Below, piece after piece: positions 45,586-56,418 of a stretch of 64,000 nucleotides of DNA (its first letter is position 1; each line of letters opens with the position of its first letter). The translations under genes were made by a program, and so were the position numbers. The notes beneath the pieces were generated by a model. That model saw only the letters and a list, made by a program, of their open reading frames with translations, was not told the DNA's origin and did no database searches. Origin of the DNA: Bacteroidales bacterium. Lineage in GTDB: Bacteria; Bacteroidota; Bacteroidia; Bacteroidales; WCHB1-69. The DNA lies in the NCBI GenBank assembly GCA_045600905.1, contig JAZRYT010000189.1:33748-97747 (forward strand), written 5' to 3'.

Positions 45586-46653
45586 TTAATGTCTTAATAA
45601 TATTTGATCGCCCGGATGGATAATTGTATTTTCATCCATCATATTGTATTTCATTATATAATGTAACTGAACACCATAACGTTGCGCGATGTAGCGCAAG
45701 GTCTCTCCGGCCTGGACAATATGCACGCGATTGGTATTGCTTTTCGCTTTTGCCTCTATATAGACGATTTCATTTTCAACAGGTTGGCTTCCATCCTGCA
45801 CATCATTGAACTTTCTCAAATTAACAGCGGCGACCTGCACATCGCCCGCTATCTTTTCGTAGGTGTCATTTTTCTGTGCGATAATGAAGAAAGTGTGATT
45901 GTTTTCAAAGACCTTACGATAGCTGAACGGGCTGTTTCCGGCCGGATAGTCATTCCCAATAGCAGTAAAGACCTTCATTGAGCCTGTCGGTTTTGGCTCG
46001 GATTTTTTGGCAGGCACATCCTTGTTTTCATTGGCAGGCGCCTGCGGTTTCTGGACAGGGGTCGTGCGTTCTGCCAAATTTCCACCATTTTGGCAAAGGG
46101 TGTCCAAACGAGCTATATGGTATCTTTCGATGAGGCTTATCAAGCGGTCGGCATACTGGGGATTCGTTGCATAGCCGTCCTGCTTGAGTGTTCTGGCCCA
46201 TCCGGGATAATCCATAATGTCCAATTCGAACAGATTGGCGTAACGTTTACGCTGAGTCAGGAAAAGCGAATGGTCCGTATAGGATTCCGAAACGGTAACG
46301 TATTTTCTAAAACACTCCTGCAATTCATCGTCATCAATCAAGATGGTATCGCCGGTCCAATCGTTGTGGCACTTTATTCCGAAATGGTTGTTGCCGTCAA
46401 CGGCGAGGTGGCTTTTCCCGCAGGCGCTTTCAAAAATCCCCTGCGCTATCGTTATGCTGGCAGGAATTTTATATTCCACCATCTTCTGCATAGCCACATC
46501 TTTATATTGTTCGATATAGGCATAGATGTCCTTCTCTGAATACTGGGCAAAAAGCAGACTCGGCGCAAGCAGGCAAAACAATGCTACGCCTATCATTTTT
46601 TGGAAATTCGCAAAACAACTATAAAAAATATTCACACGCTCCTTCTTATTCAT
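45586..46653 (-). CDS. glucosaminidase-domain protein with two LysM repeats (tandem paralog)
   Basis: Same architecture as the downstream neighbour, with roughly half of the catalytic-domain residues identical by eye. The alternative start ATG 46596 gives a cleaner signal peptide. Confidence 0.75.
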   Translation of the reverse strand: MNKKERVNIFYSCFANFQKMIGVALFCLLAPSLLFAQYSEKDIYAYIEQYKDVAMQKMVEYKIPASITIAQGIFESACGKSHLAVDGNNHFGIKCHNDWTGDTILIDDDELQECFRKYVTVSESYTDHSLFLTQRKRYANLFELDIMDYPGWARTLKQDGYATNPQYADRLISLIERYHIARLDTLCQNGGNLAERTTPVQKPQAPANENKDVPAKKSEPKPTGSMKVFTAIGNDYPAGNSPFSYRKVFENNHTFFIIAQKNDTYEKIAGDVQVAAVNLRKFNDVQDGSQPVENEIVYIEAKAKSNTNRVHIVQAGETLRYIAQRYGVQLHYIMKYNMMDENTIIHPGDQILLRH

Positions 46654-46663
46654 ACTGTTTTCC

Positions 46664-47647
46664 CTATTTTTTCAAAGCTTCCATCACCATTCTGGTATAG
46701 AAATCCTTGATATCAAAACCATTGTATTTCACCTGTTCTGGAACGATGCTTAACGCGGTTTGTCCCGGAATAGTATTCACTTCCAAGAAATAAGGAATTC
46801 CGTCATCTTCAGAGAGGATGAAATCCACACGGACCACGCCGCGGCAGTCGAGCTGTTTGAAAATCATCTGCGCATACTTACGCACAATTTGTTCGTCTTC
46901 AGCGGAAATGGCGGCAGGTGTCAGCAGTTTGTGGCCGACAGCCGTATATTTCGCATCATAATCGTAAAATTCGTTGGTGGCCACGACTTCCGTGACGGCC
47001 AGCACGCGGACATCGCCATAAACGGAAGTCACACCGCAAGTCAATTCGCGGCCGCGCACGAATTTTTCAACCATCAGCTGGTTGTCATATTTGAAGGCTT
47101 CTGCAAAAGCACCTGTCAGTTCTTCCCTGCCATGCACTTTGGTAACGCCGACACTGGAACCGGAGTTACAGGATTTTACGAAACAGGGATAGCCACAGAC
47201 GCTCTCAATCTTCTCATAATCAATTTCTTCTGTATCATAAAAATGCAAAGACGGAGAGATGGGCAATCCGATATTGGCGACCGCCTGATTGCAAAAATAC
47301 TTGTTAAACGTCAAAGCAGAGCTGAAGCTGCCACAACCCGTATAGGGCTGTTTTATCATTTCAAAATAGCTTTGCAACTTCCCGTTTTCACCTGGTGTGC
47401 CGTGAATGGCAATAAAAGCGACATCGAATTTTATGGTATTTCCCTTCACATTGAGGGTGAAATCATTCTTGTCTATGGAATACTTGTTTCCTTCCTCATC
47501 CGTATAGCTCCAATCCGCTCCTTTGAAATGGACAAGGTATGAATTAAACTTTTCATTATCAAGCTGATGCATAATATTATCAGCCGTTTTGAGGGATATT
47601 TCGTATTCACCGGAGTCCCCGCCGGCAATCACAGCGACATTATACAT
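46664..47647 (-). CDS. ddl: D-alanine--D-alanine ligase
   Basis: 327 aa ATP-grasp protein, beginning NVAVIAGGDSGEYEISL and ending with LEVNTIPG. Confidence 0.9.
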   Translation of the reverse strand: MYNVAVIAGGDSGEYEISLKTADNIMHQLDNEKFNSYLVHFKGADWSYTDEEGNKYSIDKNDFTLNVKGNTIKFDVAFIAIHGTPGENGKLQSYFEMIKQPYTGCGSFSSALTFNKYFCNQAVANIGLPISPSLHFYDTEEIDYEKIESVCGYPCFVKSCNSGSSVGVTKVHGREELTGAFAEAFKYDNQLMVEKFVRGRELTCGVTSVYGDVRVLAVTEVVATNEFYDYDAKYTAVGHKLLTPAAISAEDEQIVRKYAQMIFKQLDCRGVVRVDFILSEDDGIPYFLEVNTIPGQTALSIVPEQVKYNGFDIKDFYTRMVMEALKK

Positions 47648-47670
47648 AATACATTAAATATTAAAACGCG

Positions 47671-47678
47671 CAAAAATA
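47671..47678 (-). promoter_or_regulatory. -7 box TATTTTTG (ddl operon)
   Basis: The reverse complement of CAAAAATA matches TAnnTTTG, 24 nt upstream of ATG 47647. Confidence 0.5.
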
Positions 47679-47745
47679 CCCTTTCGATTTCAAGATGTCA
47701 AGAAGAAGAATTTCGTTTTTTAAACACTTCTTTGTGTATAAAAAA

Positions 47746-49575
47746 CTACTGTTGAATGGTATGGAAATGATAGTATTCGCCTTTCAGCGACAACAGTTCG
47801 TCGTGGCTGCCCATTTCGACGATTCTTCCGTCACGTACGAAAAGAATCGTATCGGCGAACCGGATGGTGCTGAGTCGGTGCGCGATAATGACCGCCGTAT
47901 GTTCTTTGACAAACGGCATTAAAGCTTCTTGGAAAAGATATTCGGACTCATTGTCCAAAGCCGAGGTAGCTTCATCCAGAATAAGGACTTCCGGTTTGCG
48001 CAACAACGCGCGGGCGATGCTCAATCGCTGGCGTTGGCCGCCGGACAAACGCATTCCGCGGTCGCCGATCACCGTTTGGTAACCGTTTTCCATTTCCATA
48101 ATAAACTGATGGGCCTGGGCGGTCTTGGCTGCCGCATAGACCTGCTCTTCCGTCACATCCGGCATTCCGAACACAATATTATTATAGACCGTATCATTAA
48201 ACAGGATCACATCCTGACTGACGATTCCGAACAACGCGCGCAAGTCTGAAATACGATACTGCCGATTGGGGATTCCGTCAATCAAAATGTTCCCGAACCG
48301 GATGTCGTAAAAGCGCGGCAGCAAATCCACCAGCGTAGATTTTCCGCTTCCAGACGGGCCCACAATCGCGATGGTCTGCCCGCGCCGCAAAGTGAAACTA
48401 AGATGATGCAGGATATCGCATTCTTCGGCATTGGATTTCTCACTATAAGAAAACGACACGTCCTGATATTCAATTTTGTCCTTCAACTCCGTAATGGATA
48501 TAGGATGTTCGCACTCCAAGATTTTTTCATCCGCATCAATGATTTCATACACGCGTGCGGCGGCTGTCATACCCTTCTGCATCGTATAGAAGGTGGAGAC
48601 CAGTGATTTAGCCGGCACAATGGCACGCGCAAAGACCACAAAGAAAAGCATAAACAGCGGGCCCTTCCCCACAGAAAGCGACGGATACAGGACCAGACCG
48701 ATTACGGTAATCAACAAGAGGGAAAACACGCATAGGAATTCCACCAAAGGCCCGCCCAGCTCATTGATTCTAAACACCTTCTTATTAGCACGATAAAACT
48801 GGGAATTCTGTTTTTCGAATTTTTCGTAAGTATGCTCGATAGCGCCGTAACCTTTGATGACACGCAATCCGCCGATGGCCTCCTCAAAGAGCGAGCTCAT
48901 CTGTCCGAGCAGCTGCTGTGATTTGAGCGAGTACAATTTGATTCGTTTTCCAATATTAGCCAGAAGAAAACCCATAAGTGGGAAAATAACCAAAGATATC
49001 AAAGTCAACTTGACACTTATGGCGAACATTGCGATAATATAGACGATGATCATAAACGGGTCGCGGCAGAGAGTCTGCAAAGCGGAGAACACCGTCCATT
49101 CGACCTCTTGCACGTCAGCGCCTATACGGCTGATGATATCTCCTTTTCGTTGTTCTGAAAAGAATGACAGCGGAAGAACCAACAGTCTGTGGTACATATC
49201 ATTACGCAGGTCCTTCATAATACCCGAACGGATAGGGGCCAGAAGATACTGTCCGGCATAGCGGAAGAAATTAGACAGGAAGGAGAGCACCACCATCACG
49301 CCTGCGATATAAAACAACGCAGACACCTTGCCGAAGCGAAGGATTACCAGCCCCATATAGTAATAGAAAAGGTCAATCACATATCTGGCGGAAAGGGAAA
49401 AGACGGGACGTACGGCAACCTGCTGCACCTGTTCAAACAAAACGGACAAAAAGGGGACAATCATGCCAAGTGTGAATACCGAACAAATGGCATACAAGAC
49501 GTTAGCCACCAATGTCAAGGCGATAGACAGCTTATATTGAGGAAGATAGCCTAATAAACGTTTAAACAGTTTCAT
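47746..49575 (-). CDS. ABC transporter permease/ATP-binding fusion protein (MsbA-like exporter)
   Basis: Six-TM N-terminal domain, Walker A GPSGSGKST, signature LSGGQRQR and Walker B ILILDEATS. ATG 49575 (MKLFKRLLGYL) is preferred. Confidence 0.85.
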   Translation of the reverse strand: MKLFKRLLGYLPQYKLSIALTLVANVLYAICSVFTLGMIVPFLSVLFEQVQQVAVRPVFSLSARYVIDLFYYYMGLVILRFGKVSALFYIAGVMVVLSFLSNFFRYAGQYLLAPIRSGIMKDLRNDMYHRLLVLPLSFFSEQRKGDIISRIGADVQEVEWTVFSALQTLCRDPFMIIVYIIAMFAISVKLTLISLVIFPLMGFLLANIGKRIKLYSLKSQQLLGQMSSLFEEAIGGLRVIKGYGAIEHTYEKFEKQNSQFYRANKKVFRINELGGPLVEFLCVFSLLLITVIGLVLYPSLSVGKGPLFMLFFVVFARAIVPAKSLVSTFYTMQKGMTAAARVYEIIDADEKILECEHPISITELKDKIEYQDVSFSYSEKSNAEECDILHHLSFTLRRGQTIAIVGPSGSGKSTLVDLLPRFYDIRFGNILIDGIPNRQYRISDLRALFGIVSQDVILFNDTVYNNIVFGMPDVTEEQVYAAAKTAQAHQFIMEMENGYQTVIGDRGMRLSGGQRQRLSIARALLRKPEVLILDEATSALDNESEYLFQEALMPFVKEHTAVIIAHRLSTIRFADTILFVRDGRIVEMGSHDELLSLKGEYYHFHTIQQ

Positions 49576-49591
49576 CTTTATAAATGGGCGG

Positions 49592-49599
49592 CAAACATA
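49592..49599 (-). promoter_or_regulatory. -7 box TATGTTTG (ABC exporter gene)
   Basis: The reverse complement of CAAACATA matches TAnnTTTG, 17 nt upstream of ATG 49575 and divergent from the ftsX promoter. Confidence 0.45.
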
Positions 49600-49621
49600 C
49601 ATAAAAGTTTTGATTTTTTTG

Positions 49622-49629
49622 TATTTTTG
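49622..49629 (+). promoter_or_regulatory. -7 box TATTTTTG (ftsX operon)
   Basis: Matches TAnnTTTG, 24 nt upstream of ATG 49653. Confidence 0.5.
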
Positions 49630-49652
49630 CCGCCTTTCAAAATAATGCATAT

Positions 49653-50537
49653 ATGGGGAAATATCCAGACTCAATAGATAGAATCACGAAAGCACGGCTG
49701 CGGTTGTCGGCATTCGGCTCCATCTTCAGCATAGCAATCACGATGTTGTTCATCGGGATATTGGTGATTTTCGCTTTTTATTCTACCAAATTCATCCAGA
49801 ACCTATCGCAAAAAATCGAGATGGAAGTGCTTTTTTACTCCGAAGTCAAAGAAGCAGACATCATCGCATTGGAGCAACAGATTAAGCTCAAACCATACAT
49901 TGCCGCTTCAAGAGTCTCTTCCAGAGAGGACAACACCAAGAACGCCATCGAAATTGTCGGCAGTGACTTCACCGAAATCATCGACAATCCGATTAACGCG
50001 TCCATCATCATCAGCGTCGCTCCGGCCTACGCCAATTCCGACTCTTTGGACAAGATATCAAAAGAGCTGAAGAAAAACGAAATCGTACAGGATGTTGACT
50101 ATCCAAAGCCCATAGTCACTTCCGTCAGCAACAACTTCCACAAGATACAATGGTTTATTTTCGGCATCTGCGCTATTTTCATGCTGATTTCCATGTTGCT
50201 GATTGCCAACTGCATTCGTTTGAATATTTATGCCAAACGCTTTAACATCAAGAGTATGCTCCTAGTGGGCGCCACTCCGAAATTTGTCCGCAAACCATTT
50301 GTCAACAAGGGACTTGTCCAAGGCATTTGGGGCGGGATCATCGCCATCCTCATACTGGCCGTTCTTCTGCACATCGGCAACAAAACTTTCCCGAACTTCA
50401 TCGACTTTTCCCAATTGCTGTACATCGCCATCATTTTGGCAGGGCTCCTGCTGTTCAGCATCCTGTTCACCGTCATCATATCCATTGTTTCAGTGAACCG
50501 ATATATCAGAATCAAAGACGAAAGACTTTACTTATAA
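49653..50537 (+). CDS. ftsX: cell division protein FtsX-like permease
   Basis: One TM helix, a periplasmic domain and three C-terminal TM helices, 294 aa. It sits in the conserved Bacteroidota context ftsX-DUF3098-uppP-truB. Confidence 0.7.
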   Translation: MGKYPDSIDRITKARLRLSAFGSIFSIAITMLFIGILVIFAFYSTKFIQNLSQKIEMEVLFYSEVKEADIIALEQQIKLKPYIAASRVSSREDNTKNAIEIVGSDFTEIIDNPINASIIISVAPAYANSDSLDKISKELKKNEIVQDVDYPKPIVTSVSNNFHKIQWFIFGICAIFMLISMLLIANCIRLNIYAKRFNIKSMLLVGATPKFVRKPFVNKGLVQGIWGGIIAILILAVLLHIGNKTFPNFIDFSQLLYIAIILAGLLLFSILFTVIISIVSVNRYIRIKDERLYL

Positions 50538-50551
50538 ATCATCAATAAAAA

Positions 50552-50863
50552 ATGGCAACAACATTTTCCACCAAAAAATTCGACAAAAACAATAACAAAC
50601 AAGAGGTGAAACGCGCCCCGTTGTTTCGCAAGATGAACTACATCCTGATGGGTGTCGGTCTTTTAGTGCTCATCATCGGTTATTTATGCCTCAGAGGCGG
50701 TGCCGTTTCCGATCCGAACACTTTTGACGGCAAAATCTTCGACGCACGCCGCATCAACGTGGCGCCCATCCTGATGTTCCTCGGCCTCGTCATCGAAGTC
50801 GTCGCCATTATGTGGCATCCCCGCGCCAAAAAGAATTCCGAAGAAACTCCCGCAGAAGCTTAA
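50552..50863 (+). CDS. small membrane protein (DUF3098-like)
   Basis: 103 aa with two TM helices, in the conserved position between ftsX and uppP. Confidence 0.55.
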   Translation: MATTFSTKKFDKNNNKQEVKRAPLFRKMNYILMGVGLLVLIIGYLCLRGGAVSDPNTFDGKIFDARRINVAPILMFLGLVIEVVAIMWHPRAKKNSEETPAEA

Positions 50864-50866
50864 TCT

Positions 50867-51688
50867 ATGAGTTGGCTGGAATCACTTTTACTCGGCATCA
50901 TTCAGGGACTGACCGAGTTTTTGCCCGTGAGCAGTAGCGGACATCTTACTATCTTGTCCAACCTTTTCGGTCTGTCAGGAGAGGAAAATCTAACAACCAC
51001 TGTCGTACTGCACATAGCCACCGTGCTCAGCACACTATTCATCCTTTGGAAAGAAATCGTCTGGATTTTCAAAGACATATTTTCCAAACAGGATTGGAAA
51101 ACATACGAAGGTCTGAACGAAGGCACCAAATTTGCCATCAACATTCTCATTTCTATGATTCCTGTGGCTGTCGTCGGCTTTCTTTTCAAAGACAAGGTTG
51201 AAGAAATCTTCGGCTCCGGTCTGTTGATCGTAGGCATTATGCTTCTCGTCACAGCCACCCTGCTGACCTTCTCCTATTTTGCCAAACCACGTCCTAAGGA
51301 AAACATCTCCAAGCTACACGCGTTCATCATCGGAGTTGGACAGGCAATCGCCGTATTACCGGGTCTATCCCGTTCCGGAACAACCATTGCCACAGGTCTT
51401 CTGTTAGGCAACAAAAAAGAGAAGCTGGCCCAATTCTCCTTTTTGATGGTCATACCGCCCGTCATTGGAGAAGCCCTGCTGGACGTTATGGATATCGCAG
51501 AAGTCGGTTTCGACACGGCTATGAACGGGATATCCGCATTTTCCCTTCTCGTCGGATTCCTGGCCGCCTTCATCACCGGCTGCTTCGCCTGCAAATGGAT
51601 GATTAACATCGTGAAGAAAGGCAAACTCATCTGGTTCGCCGTCTATTGCGCCATTGTCGGACTTATCGCTATAATTTTCGGAGCCTAA
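50867..51688 (+). CDS. uppP: undecaprenyl-diphosphate phosphatase
   Basis: [15 protein letters not shown]-terminal motif, [10 protein letters not shown], and eight TM helices. Confidence 0.9.
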   Translation: MSWLESLLLGIIQGLTEFLPVSSSGHLTILSNLFGLSGEENLTTTVVLHIATVLSTLFILWKEIVWIFKDIFSKQDWKTYEGLNEGTKFAINILISMIPVAVVGFLFKDKVEEIFGSGLLIVGIMLLVTATLLTFSYFAKPRPKENISKLHAFIIGVGQAIAVLPGLSRSGTTIATGLLLGNKKEKLAQFSFLMVIPPVIGEALLDVMDIAEVGFDTAMNGISAFSLLVGFLAAFITGCFACKWMINIVKKGKLIWFAVYCAIVGLIAIIFGA

Positions 51689-52395
51689 TGAGAAACAAAC
51701 TCGTCCATCAGACCACCTTCACCCTTCCCGAGTTCGAAGTGAACCCGGAATGTGATGTGCTGCTCTTTGACAAGCCTTATAGATGCACATCTTTTGACAT
51801 TGTCGGCAAAGTGCGGCACATCGTCCAAAAACAGGTCGGCCACAAAGTGAAGGTCGGGCACGCCGGCACATTAGATCCTTTGGCCACGGGTCTGCTCATC
51901 ATCTGCGTGGGAAAGATGACCAAACAGATAGACACCATCCAAGCCGAGAGCAAAGAATATACGGGAACTTTCAAATTAGGGGCCACTACGCCGAGCTATG
52001 ATTTGGAACATCCCATAGACCAAGAATATCCATACGATCATATCACCCGACAGCTGGCTGAAGAGACGGCGAAAAGCTTTATCGGCAATATCCAGCAACG
52101 GCCGCCATTGTTTTCCGCAGTCAATTTGGATGGGCGCCGTGCTTACGAATTGGCACGCGAAGGAGAGGATGTGAAGCTCGCCCCCAAGAGCATCACTATC
52201 TACGACTTTGAGCTACCGCGTTTCGAGTTGCCGGAAATAGACTTCCGCATACGTTGTTCCAAAGGGACCTACATCCGCGCCATCGCGCGCGATTTTGGCG
52301 AAGCACTTCAGAGTGGTGCCCATTTGACCGCCTTGCGCCGCACCCGCATAGGGGATTATGACGTCGAGAACGCCATACGGCCAATAATACTGTAA
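51688..52395 (+). CDS. truB: tRNA pseudouridine(55) synthase
   Basis: Catalytic GHAGTLDPLATGLL motif. The ATG overlaps the uppP stop (TAATG). Confidence 0.9.
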   Translation: MRNKLVHQTTFTLPEFEVNPECDVLLFDKPYRCTSFDIVGKVRHIVQKQVGHKVKVGHAGTLDPLATGLLIICVGKMTKQIDTIQAESKEYTGTFKLGATTPSYDLEHPIDQEYPYDHITRQLAEETAKSFIGNIQQRPPLFSAVNLDGRRAYELAREGEDVKLAPKSITIYDFELPRFELPEIDFRIRCSKGTYIRAIARDFGEALQSGAHLTALRRTRIGDYDVENAIRPIIL

Positions 52396-52481
52396 AATAT
52401 TAAATATCATATAGTTGGCATTTTTTATCGTATGTGAAAAAATAAATTTTCATAACGGCTTGAATTATATGGAAAAAAGTG

Positions 52482-52489
52482 TATTTTTG
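52482..52489 (+). promoter_or_regulatory. -7 box TATTTTTG (L31 gene)
   Basis: Matches TAnnTTTG, 38 nt upstream of ATG 52527. Confidence 0.5.
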
Positions 52490-52526
52490 CGCTCCAATTT
52501 TTAGACAACAAAAAATCAAGAATAAA

Positions 52527-52796
52527 ATGAAAAAAGGTATCCATCCAAAAGAGTATAGAACGGTTGTATTTAAGGATATGTCAAACGATTACGCTTTCTT
52601 GACAAAGTCCACCGTTAGTACAAAAGACACGATTCAATGGGAAGACGGAAATGAATATCCGCTTGTAAAATTAGAAATTTCTAACACATCTCACCCTTTC
52701 TTTACAGGTAAGATGAAACTTGTTGACACCGCAGGTCGTGTTGATAAGTTCCGTAACAAGTATGCTCGCCATCTTGACGCAAACAAATCTAAATAA
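52527..52796 (+). CDS. rpmE: 50S ribosomal protein L31, type B (no Cys zinc ribbon)
   Basis: Begins [10 protein letters not shown] and contains HPFFTG. No cysteines, which indicates the zinc-independent type B form. Confidence 0.9.
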   Translation: MKKGIHPKEYRTVVFKDMSNDYAFLTKSTVSTKDTIQWEDGNEYPLVKLEISNTSHPFFTGKMKLVDTAGRVDKFRNKYARHLDANKSK

Positions 52797-52818
52797 TCCA
52801 TAATATTTTGTACTTTTG

Positions 52819-52857
52819 CTGACCTTTTTTGTTACCCAAAAAAGGTCAGTTTTTTTT
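52819..52857 (+). terminator. intrinsic terminator after rpmE
   Basis: Perfect 12-bp stem CTGACCTTTTTT / AAAAAAGGTCAG with a 7-nt loop, followed by T8. Confidence 0.8.
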
Positions 52858-52874
52858 ATATTAACGTACTATTT

Positions 52875-55292
52875 ATGAAAGAATTATCGCTGCTAGACGA
52901 TTTCATCAACAACGAATCCAACTTCATTCCATTGTTTTCTTCTGATGACGAAGAGAATCTCAGGAAAGTAGAAGTTCCTGAGGAAATCGCCCTCCTTCCA
53001 CTACGAAACACCCTTCTTTTCCCCGGAATGGTTATTCCCATCAATGTAGGAAGAACTAAATCCATCAAGCTCGCCCAAGAATACTCTCGCACCAGCGAGC
53101 CCATCGGTGTTATCGCCCAACGCACGAATGAAGTGGAAGAGCCTACGGCCCAAGACCTCTACGAGGTTGGCACAATGGCGCATATCATCAAATATATCAC
53201 CATGCCTGACGGCGGTGTCACCATCATTGTTCAAGGCATCAAAAGTTTCAGACTCAAAGAAATAACCCAAACAGAGCCCTATTACAGATGTTCTATAGAG
53301 CCTTTTGAAACCAACGAGTTCGACCCTGCCATCGTCAACCACAAGAACTTCAAGGCACTGATATCCTCTATCCGGGATACCGCAACGCGGATGATAAAGT
53401 TATCACCCAATGTGCCCAAAGAAGCTTCCATCGCATTGAAGAACATTGAAAGCAACTCTTTCCTTCTCAATTTTCTGACTTCCAACTTGTCCGTGCCATT
53501 GGCAGACAAGCAATCAATTTTGGAAACGGAAGATGTTGTCACTCGCGCCAAACAAGTGCTCAAATTGCTCCATCGCGATTTGCAAATGATTGAGCTTAAA
53601 AATCAAATCCAAGACAAGTCCAAGCAGGAGCTTGACAAGCAGCAGCGCGAATATTTCCTCACCCAGCAAATGAAGACCATTCAGGAGGAGTTGGGTGGTT
53701 CACCTTCAGAGAAAGACTATCTTTCCTTGAAAGAACGCGCTGCCAAAAAGAAATGGGATAAGGAAACCGCCAACCTTTTCAACAAAGAGTTGGACAAGCT
53801 TCAGAGGACCAATCCAATGGCGCCCGATTATTCCGTCCAGCTCAACTATTTGGAATTGCTCGTTGACCTGCCGTGGAACGAATATAGCACCGACAACTTC
53901 GATTTGCACAAAGCTCGCAAAGTATTGGACAAAGACCATTACGGACTGGACAAAGTGAAAGAGCGAATCATCGAATATTTGGCCGTACTCAAGCTGAAAG
54001 GGGATATGAAATCACCGATTCTCTGTTTGGCAGGTCCTCCGGGAGTGGGCAAAACGTCTCTCGGCAAATCCGTTGCCGCCGCCCTCGGCCGCAAATACGT
54101 GCGCGTCTCTTTAGGCGGTCTTCGCGACGAATCTGAAATCCGCGGACACCGTAAGACCTACATCGGCGCTATGCCCGGACGCATCATCCAAAATATGCGC
54201 AAAGCAGGCTATGCCAACCCCGTATTCGTGCTTGACGAAATTGATAAAATTTCAGGAATGAACGTTCAAGGCGACCCTTCAGCAGCCTTGCTCGAAGTGA
54301 TGGATCCCGAACAGAACAACGCTTTCTACGACAACTATTTGGAAACCGCCTTTGATCTTTCCCGCGTTCTATTTATTGCCACCGCCAACAACCTCAACAA
54401 CGTACACCCCGCCCTGCTCGACCGTATGGAAATCATTGATATCGCTGGCTACCTGGCAGAAGAAAAATTGGAAATCGCCAAACATCATCTTGTTCCCAAA
54501 CAACTGAAAGAAAACGGTCTGGACAAGAAGTTGCTCCAAATCCCAGAGAAAACCATTGAAGCCGTCATCAACGATTACACCAGAGAATCCGGCGTACGCA
54601 CACTTGAACGCACCATCGCGAAAATCATCCGCAAACGCGCCGCCCAATACGTACAGGAAGGCTCCATTGATAAGAAAGTAAACCCCTGCGATTTGAAAGA
54701 GATTCTCGGTTCGCCCATCTTCCAACTGGAAAAGGCTTTCGACAACTCCGTACCCGGTGTGGCCACCGGTTTGGCTTGGACCGCCGTAGGCGGAGAAATT
54801 CTCTTTGTAGAAGCGCTCACCAGTGCAGGAAAAGGCGAACTTACTATGACAGGCAGTCTTGGAGATGTAATGAAAGAATCTGCCACCATCGCGTACGAAT
54901 TCCTCAAAGCCCACGCTGAAGACTTCGGCATCGATCCCGCTGTTTTTGAGAAAAAGAAAGTACATATCCACGTTCCTGAAGGAGCCACTCCAAAAGATGG
55001 CCCTTCCGCCGGCATTACGATTCTGACCGCCTTGATTTCCGCCTTCACCGGCAAGATACCGCGCGACAAAATCGCTATGACGGGCGAAATCACCTTGCGT
55101 GGAAAACTCCTCCCCGTAGGCGGCATTAAAGAGAAAATCCTCGCAGCCAAACGCAGCGGCATTTACGACATCGTAATGTGCGCCGACAATAAAAAAGACA
55201 TCGACGACATCAAGGAGAACTTCATTGACGGAATGCATTTCCACTACTTCTCAACTATGAAGGATGCCGTCAGCTTCAATTTCGGAAAATAA
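52875..55292 (+). CDS. lon: ATP-dependent endopeptidase La (Lon protease)
   Basis: LON N-domain, AAA+ Walker [10 protein letters not shown], and a C-terminal proteolytic domain with the catalytic serine in PKDGPSAG. Confidence 0.95.
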   Translation: MKELSLLDDFINNESNFIPLFSSDDEENLRKVEVPEEIALLPLRNTLLFPGMVIPINVGRTKSIKLAQEYSRTSEPIGVIAQRTNEVEEPTAQDLYEVGTMAHIIKYITMPDGGVTIIVQGIKSFRLKEITQTEPYYRCSIEPFETNEFDPAIVNHKNFKALISSIRDTATRMIKLSPNVPKEASIALKNIESNSFLLNFLTSNLSVPLADKQSILETEDVVTRAKQVLKLLHRDLQMIELKNQIQDKSKQELDKQQREYFLTQQMKTIQEELGGSPSEKDYLSLKERAAKKKWDKETANLFNKELDKLQRTNPMAPDYSVQLNYLELLVDLPWNEYSTDNFDLHKARKVLDKDHYGLDKVKERIIEYLAVLKLKGDMKSPILCLAGPPGVGKTSLGKSVAAALGRKYVRVSLGGLRDESEIRGHRKTYIGAMPGRIIQNMRKAGYANPVFVLDEIDKISGMNVQGDPSAALLEVMDPEQNNAFYDNYLETAFDLSRVLFIATANNLNNVHPALLDRMEIIDIAGYLAEEKLEIAKHHLVPKQLKENGLDKKLLQIPEKTIEAVINDYTRESGVRTLERTIAKIIRKRAAQYVQEGSIDKKVNPCDLKEILGSPIFQLEKAFDNSVPGVATGLAWTAVGGEILFVEALTSAGKGELTMTGSLGDVMKESATIAYEFLKAHAEDFGIDPAVFEKKKVHIHVPEGATPKDGPSAGITILTALISAFTGKIPRDKIAMTGEITLRGKLLPVGGIKEKILAAKRSGIYDIVMCADNKKDIDDIKENFIDGMHFHYFSTMKDAVSFNFGK

Positions 55293-55299
55293 TCATAAT

Positions 55300-55321
55300 G
55301 GGACGCAACAAATTGCGTCCC
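55300..55321 (+). terminator. GACGCAA-type hairpin after lon (GGGACGCAA-CAAA-TTGCGTCCC)
   Basis: 9-bp GC-rich stem with a 4-nt loop and no T-tract. It shares its core with the element at 4577-4623. Confidence 0.45.
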
Positions 55322-55347
55322 ACAATATTAAAAATGTAAATCATCAA

Positions 55348-56418
55348 ATGGCAGACAATTTTCAATCGGCATTGACAGAAAGAGAAGGCATTGAGCAACC
55401 CTTACAGGTAAATCCGAACCTTGTGAAACGCAAACGTAGGAACCTGACTTTGGACGAATATGTTCAAGGAATCCTTTCCGGGGACCGTATGATTCTGAGT
55501 CGTGCCATCACAATGGTGGAGAGTGCCAACCCGGAGCATCTTTCTATAGCACAGAATATTATCGAGCAATGCATGCCCCATTCGGGCAAATCCCTACGTA
55601 TTGGCATAACAGGGGTCCCCGGAGTTGGGAAAAGCACATTCATTGAAGCCTTCGGCAAACTGCTCACCAGCTTGGGGCACAAGGTCGCCGTACTGGCCAT
55701 TGACCCGAGCAGCGAGCGAACAAAAGGCAGCATCCTGGGTGACAAAACGCGAATGGAGTCCTTATCCGTTGACTCTGACGCCTTCATCCGTCCTTCGCCA
55801 TCCGGCAGCACCTTAGGCGGTGTCGCACGCAAAACACGAGAAACCATCGTACTTTGCGAAGCCGCCGGCTTTGATGTCATCATCGTGGAAACCGTGGGAG
55901 TCGGGCAATCCGAAACCGTCGTGAAATCAATGGTCGATTTCTTCCTCCTGCTAATGCTCGCAGGTGCCGGAGACGAACTGCAAGGCATCAAACGCGGCAT
56001 TATGGAGATGGCCGACGGACTTATCATCAACAAAGCAGATGGGGACAATAAAACCAAAGCCATTGCCGCCCAAGCGCAATATCGTGCCGCCCTCAAGCTG
56101 TTCCCAAAGAACGAGAACAATTGGGACGTGCCCGTGGAAGTCTGCTCCGCATTGGAAGGCTTTGCCATAGACAAAGTATGGGATATGATTACCCGATATG
56201 CCGAACAGACCAAGGACAATGGTTATTTCGAGCGAAACAGGACCGAACAAAACGTCAATATTTTCTACAACTGGATAAATTTCACGCTGCAGAATAATTT
56301 CTTCAACAACACCTACAATCAGCAACGCATTGAAGAACTGCTCCCGCTCATCCGCAACAAAAAGATATCACCCTATAAGGCAGCCGCAGAGCTGATGACC
56401 ACATACACTGGCAGATGA
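55348..56418 (+). CDS. meaB: methylmalonyl-CoA mutase-associated GTPase MeaB (ArgK-type G3E GTPase)
   Basis: P-loop GVPGVGKST, VETVGVGQSE and INKADG motifs. ATG 55348 is preferred over the track's 28-aa extension, which overlaps lon. Confidence 0.85.
   Translation: MADNFQSALTEREGIEQPLQVNPNLVKRKRRNLTLDEYVQGILSGDRMILSRAITMVESANPEHLSIAQNIIEQCMPHSGKSLRIGITGVPGVGKSTFIEAFGKLLTSLGHKVAVLAIDPSSERTKGSILGDKTRMESLSVDSDAFIRPSPSGSTLGGVARKTRETIVLCEAAGFDVIIVETVGVGQSETVVKSMVDFFLLLMLAGAGDELQGIKRGIMEMADGLIINKADGDNKTKAIAAQAQYRAALKLFPKNENNWDVPVEVCSALEGFAIDKVWDMITRYAEQTKDNGYFERNRTEQNVNIFYNWINFTLQNNFFNNTYNQQRIEELLPLIRNKKISPYKAAAELMTTYTGR

Noticed and set aside
52811-52857. A TACTTTTG -7-like box immediately followed by the strong hairpin, read as a possible attenuator for lon.
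   Set aside because: The hairpin plus T8 is fully explained as the rpmE terminator. The box may be fortuitous in AT-rich sequence. There is no alternative anti-terminator pairing and no leader peptide.
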